Source of the DNA: Acutalibacteraceae bacterium
GTDB lineage: Bacteria > Bacillota > Clostridia > Oscillospirales > Acutalibacteraceae
Assembly: GCA_045590755.1 (NCBI GenBank)
Contig: JAZNRP010000024.1
Span: 127,083 to 151,082 of the forward strand
Direction of reading: 5' to 3'
Length of the DNA stretch: 24,000 nucleotides
Positions 23,977 to 24,000 of the stretch are shown piece by piece. The position numbers and the translations under genes are program-made. The notes beneath the pieces were generated by a model, which had not been told where the DNA came from, ran no database searches, and worked only from the letters and a program-made list of their open reading frames with translations. Every line of letters starts with the position of its first letter. The first letter of the stretch is position 1.

Positions 23977-24000
23977 TCAACGCTTACGGTGAGCGGTAGA

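Noticed and set aside
1-24000. A window-wide search for CRISPR arrays, rRNA or tRNA genes, integrase, transposase or IS-element ends.
   Set aside because: I saw no regularly spaced direct repeats, no recombinase-like ORFs and no terminal inverted repeats. The only significant repeats are the VR/TR pair, the promoter pair and the 19-mer pair reported in the findings.

Overview
This window is a one-directional segment of a tailed-phage or prophage genome. Every gene I can support lies on the + strand, most with Firmicutes-style AGGAGG ribosome-binding sites and many with overlapping stop/start codons. The order is: (1) the end of a PBSX-like baseplate and tail-fibre module (2-8822), ending in a 2056-aa multidomain tail fibre. 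(2) A complete diversity-generating retroelement (DGR) in the order VR, avd, TR, RT (8676-11382). (3) Small tail-fibre-associated genes and a lysis cassette (11379-16095). (4) A strong rho-independent terminator (16185-16229). (5) Two operons of small genes of unknown function (16582-20660 and 20926 to at least 23976), each driven by a near-identical promoter. The DGR is the main result. The last 140 bp of the tail-fibre gene (8676-8815) and a non-coding copy 1050 bp downstream (9726-9865) differ at 18 positions. At 17 of them the downstream copy has an adenine, which is the signature of DGR mutagenic retrohoming. A YMDD reverse transcriptase and an Avd-like helical protein sit in the canonical positions. 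The Avd-like protein is about twice the normal length and looks like an internal tandem duplication. I found no tRNA, rRNA, CRISPR array, integrase or transposase. All product calls come from motif recognition by eye, with no database search.
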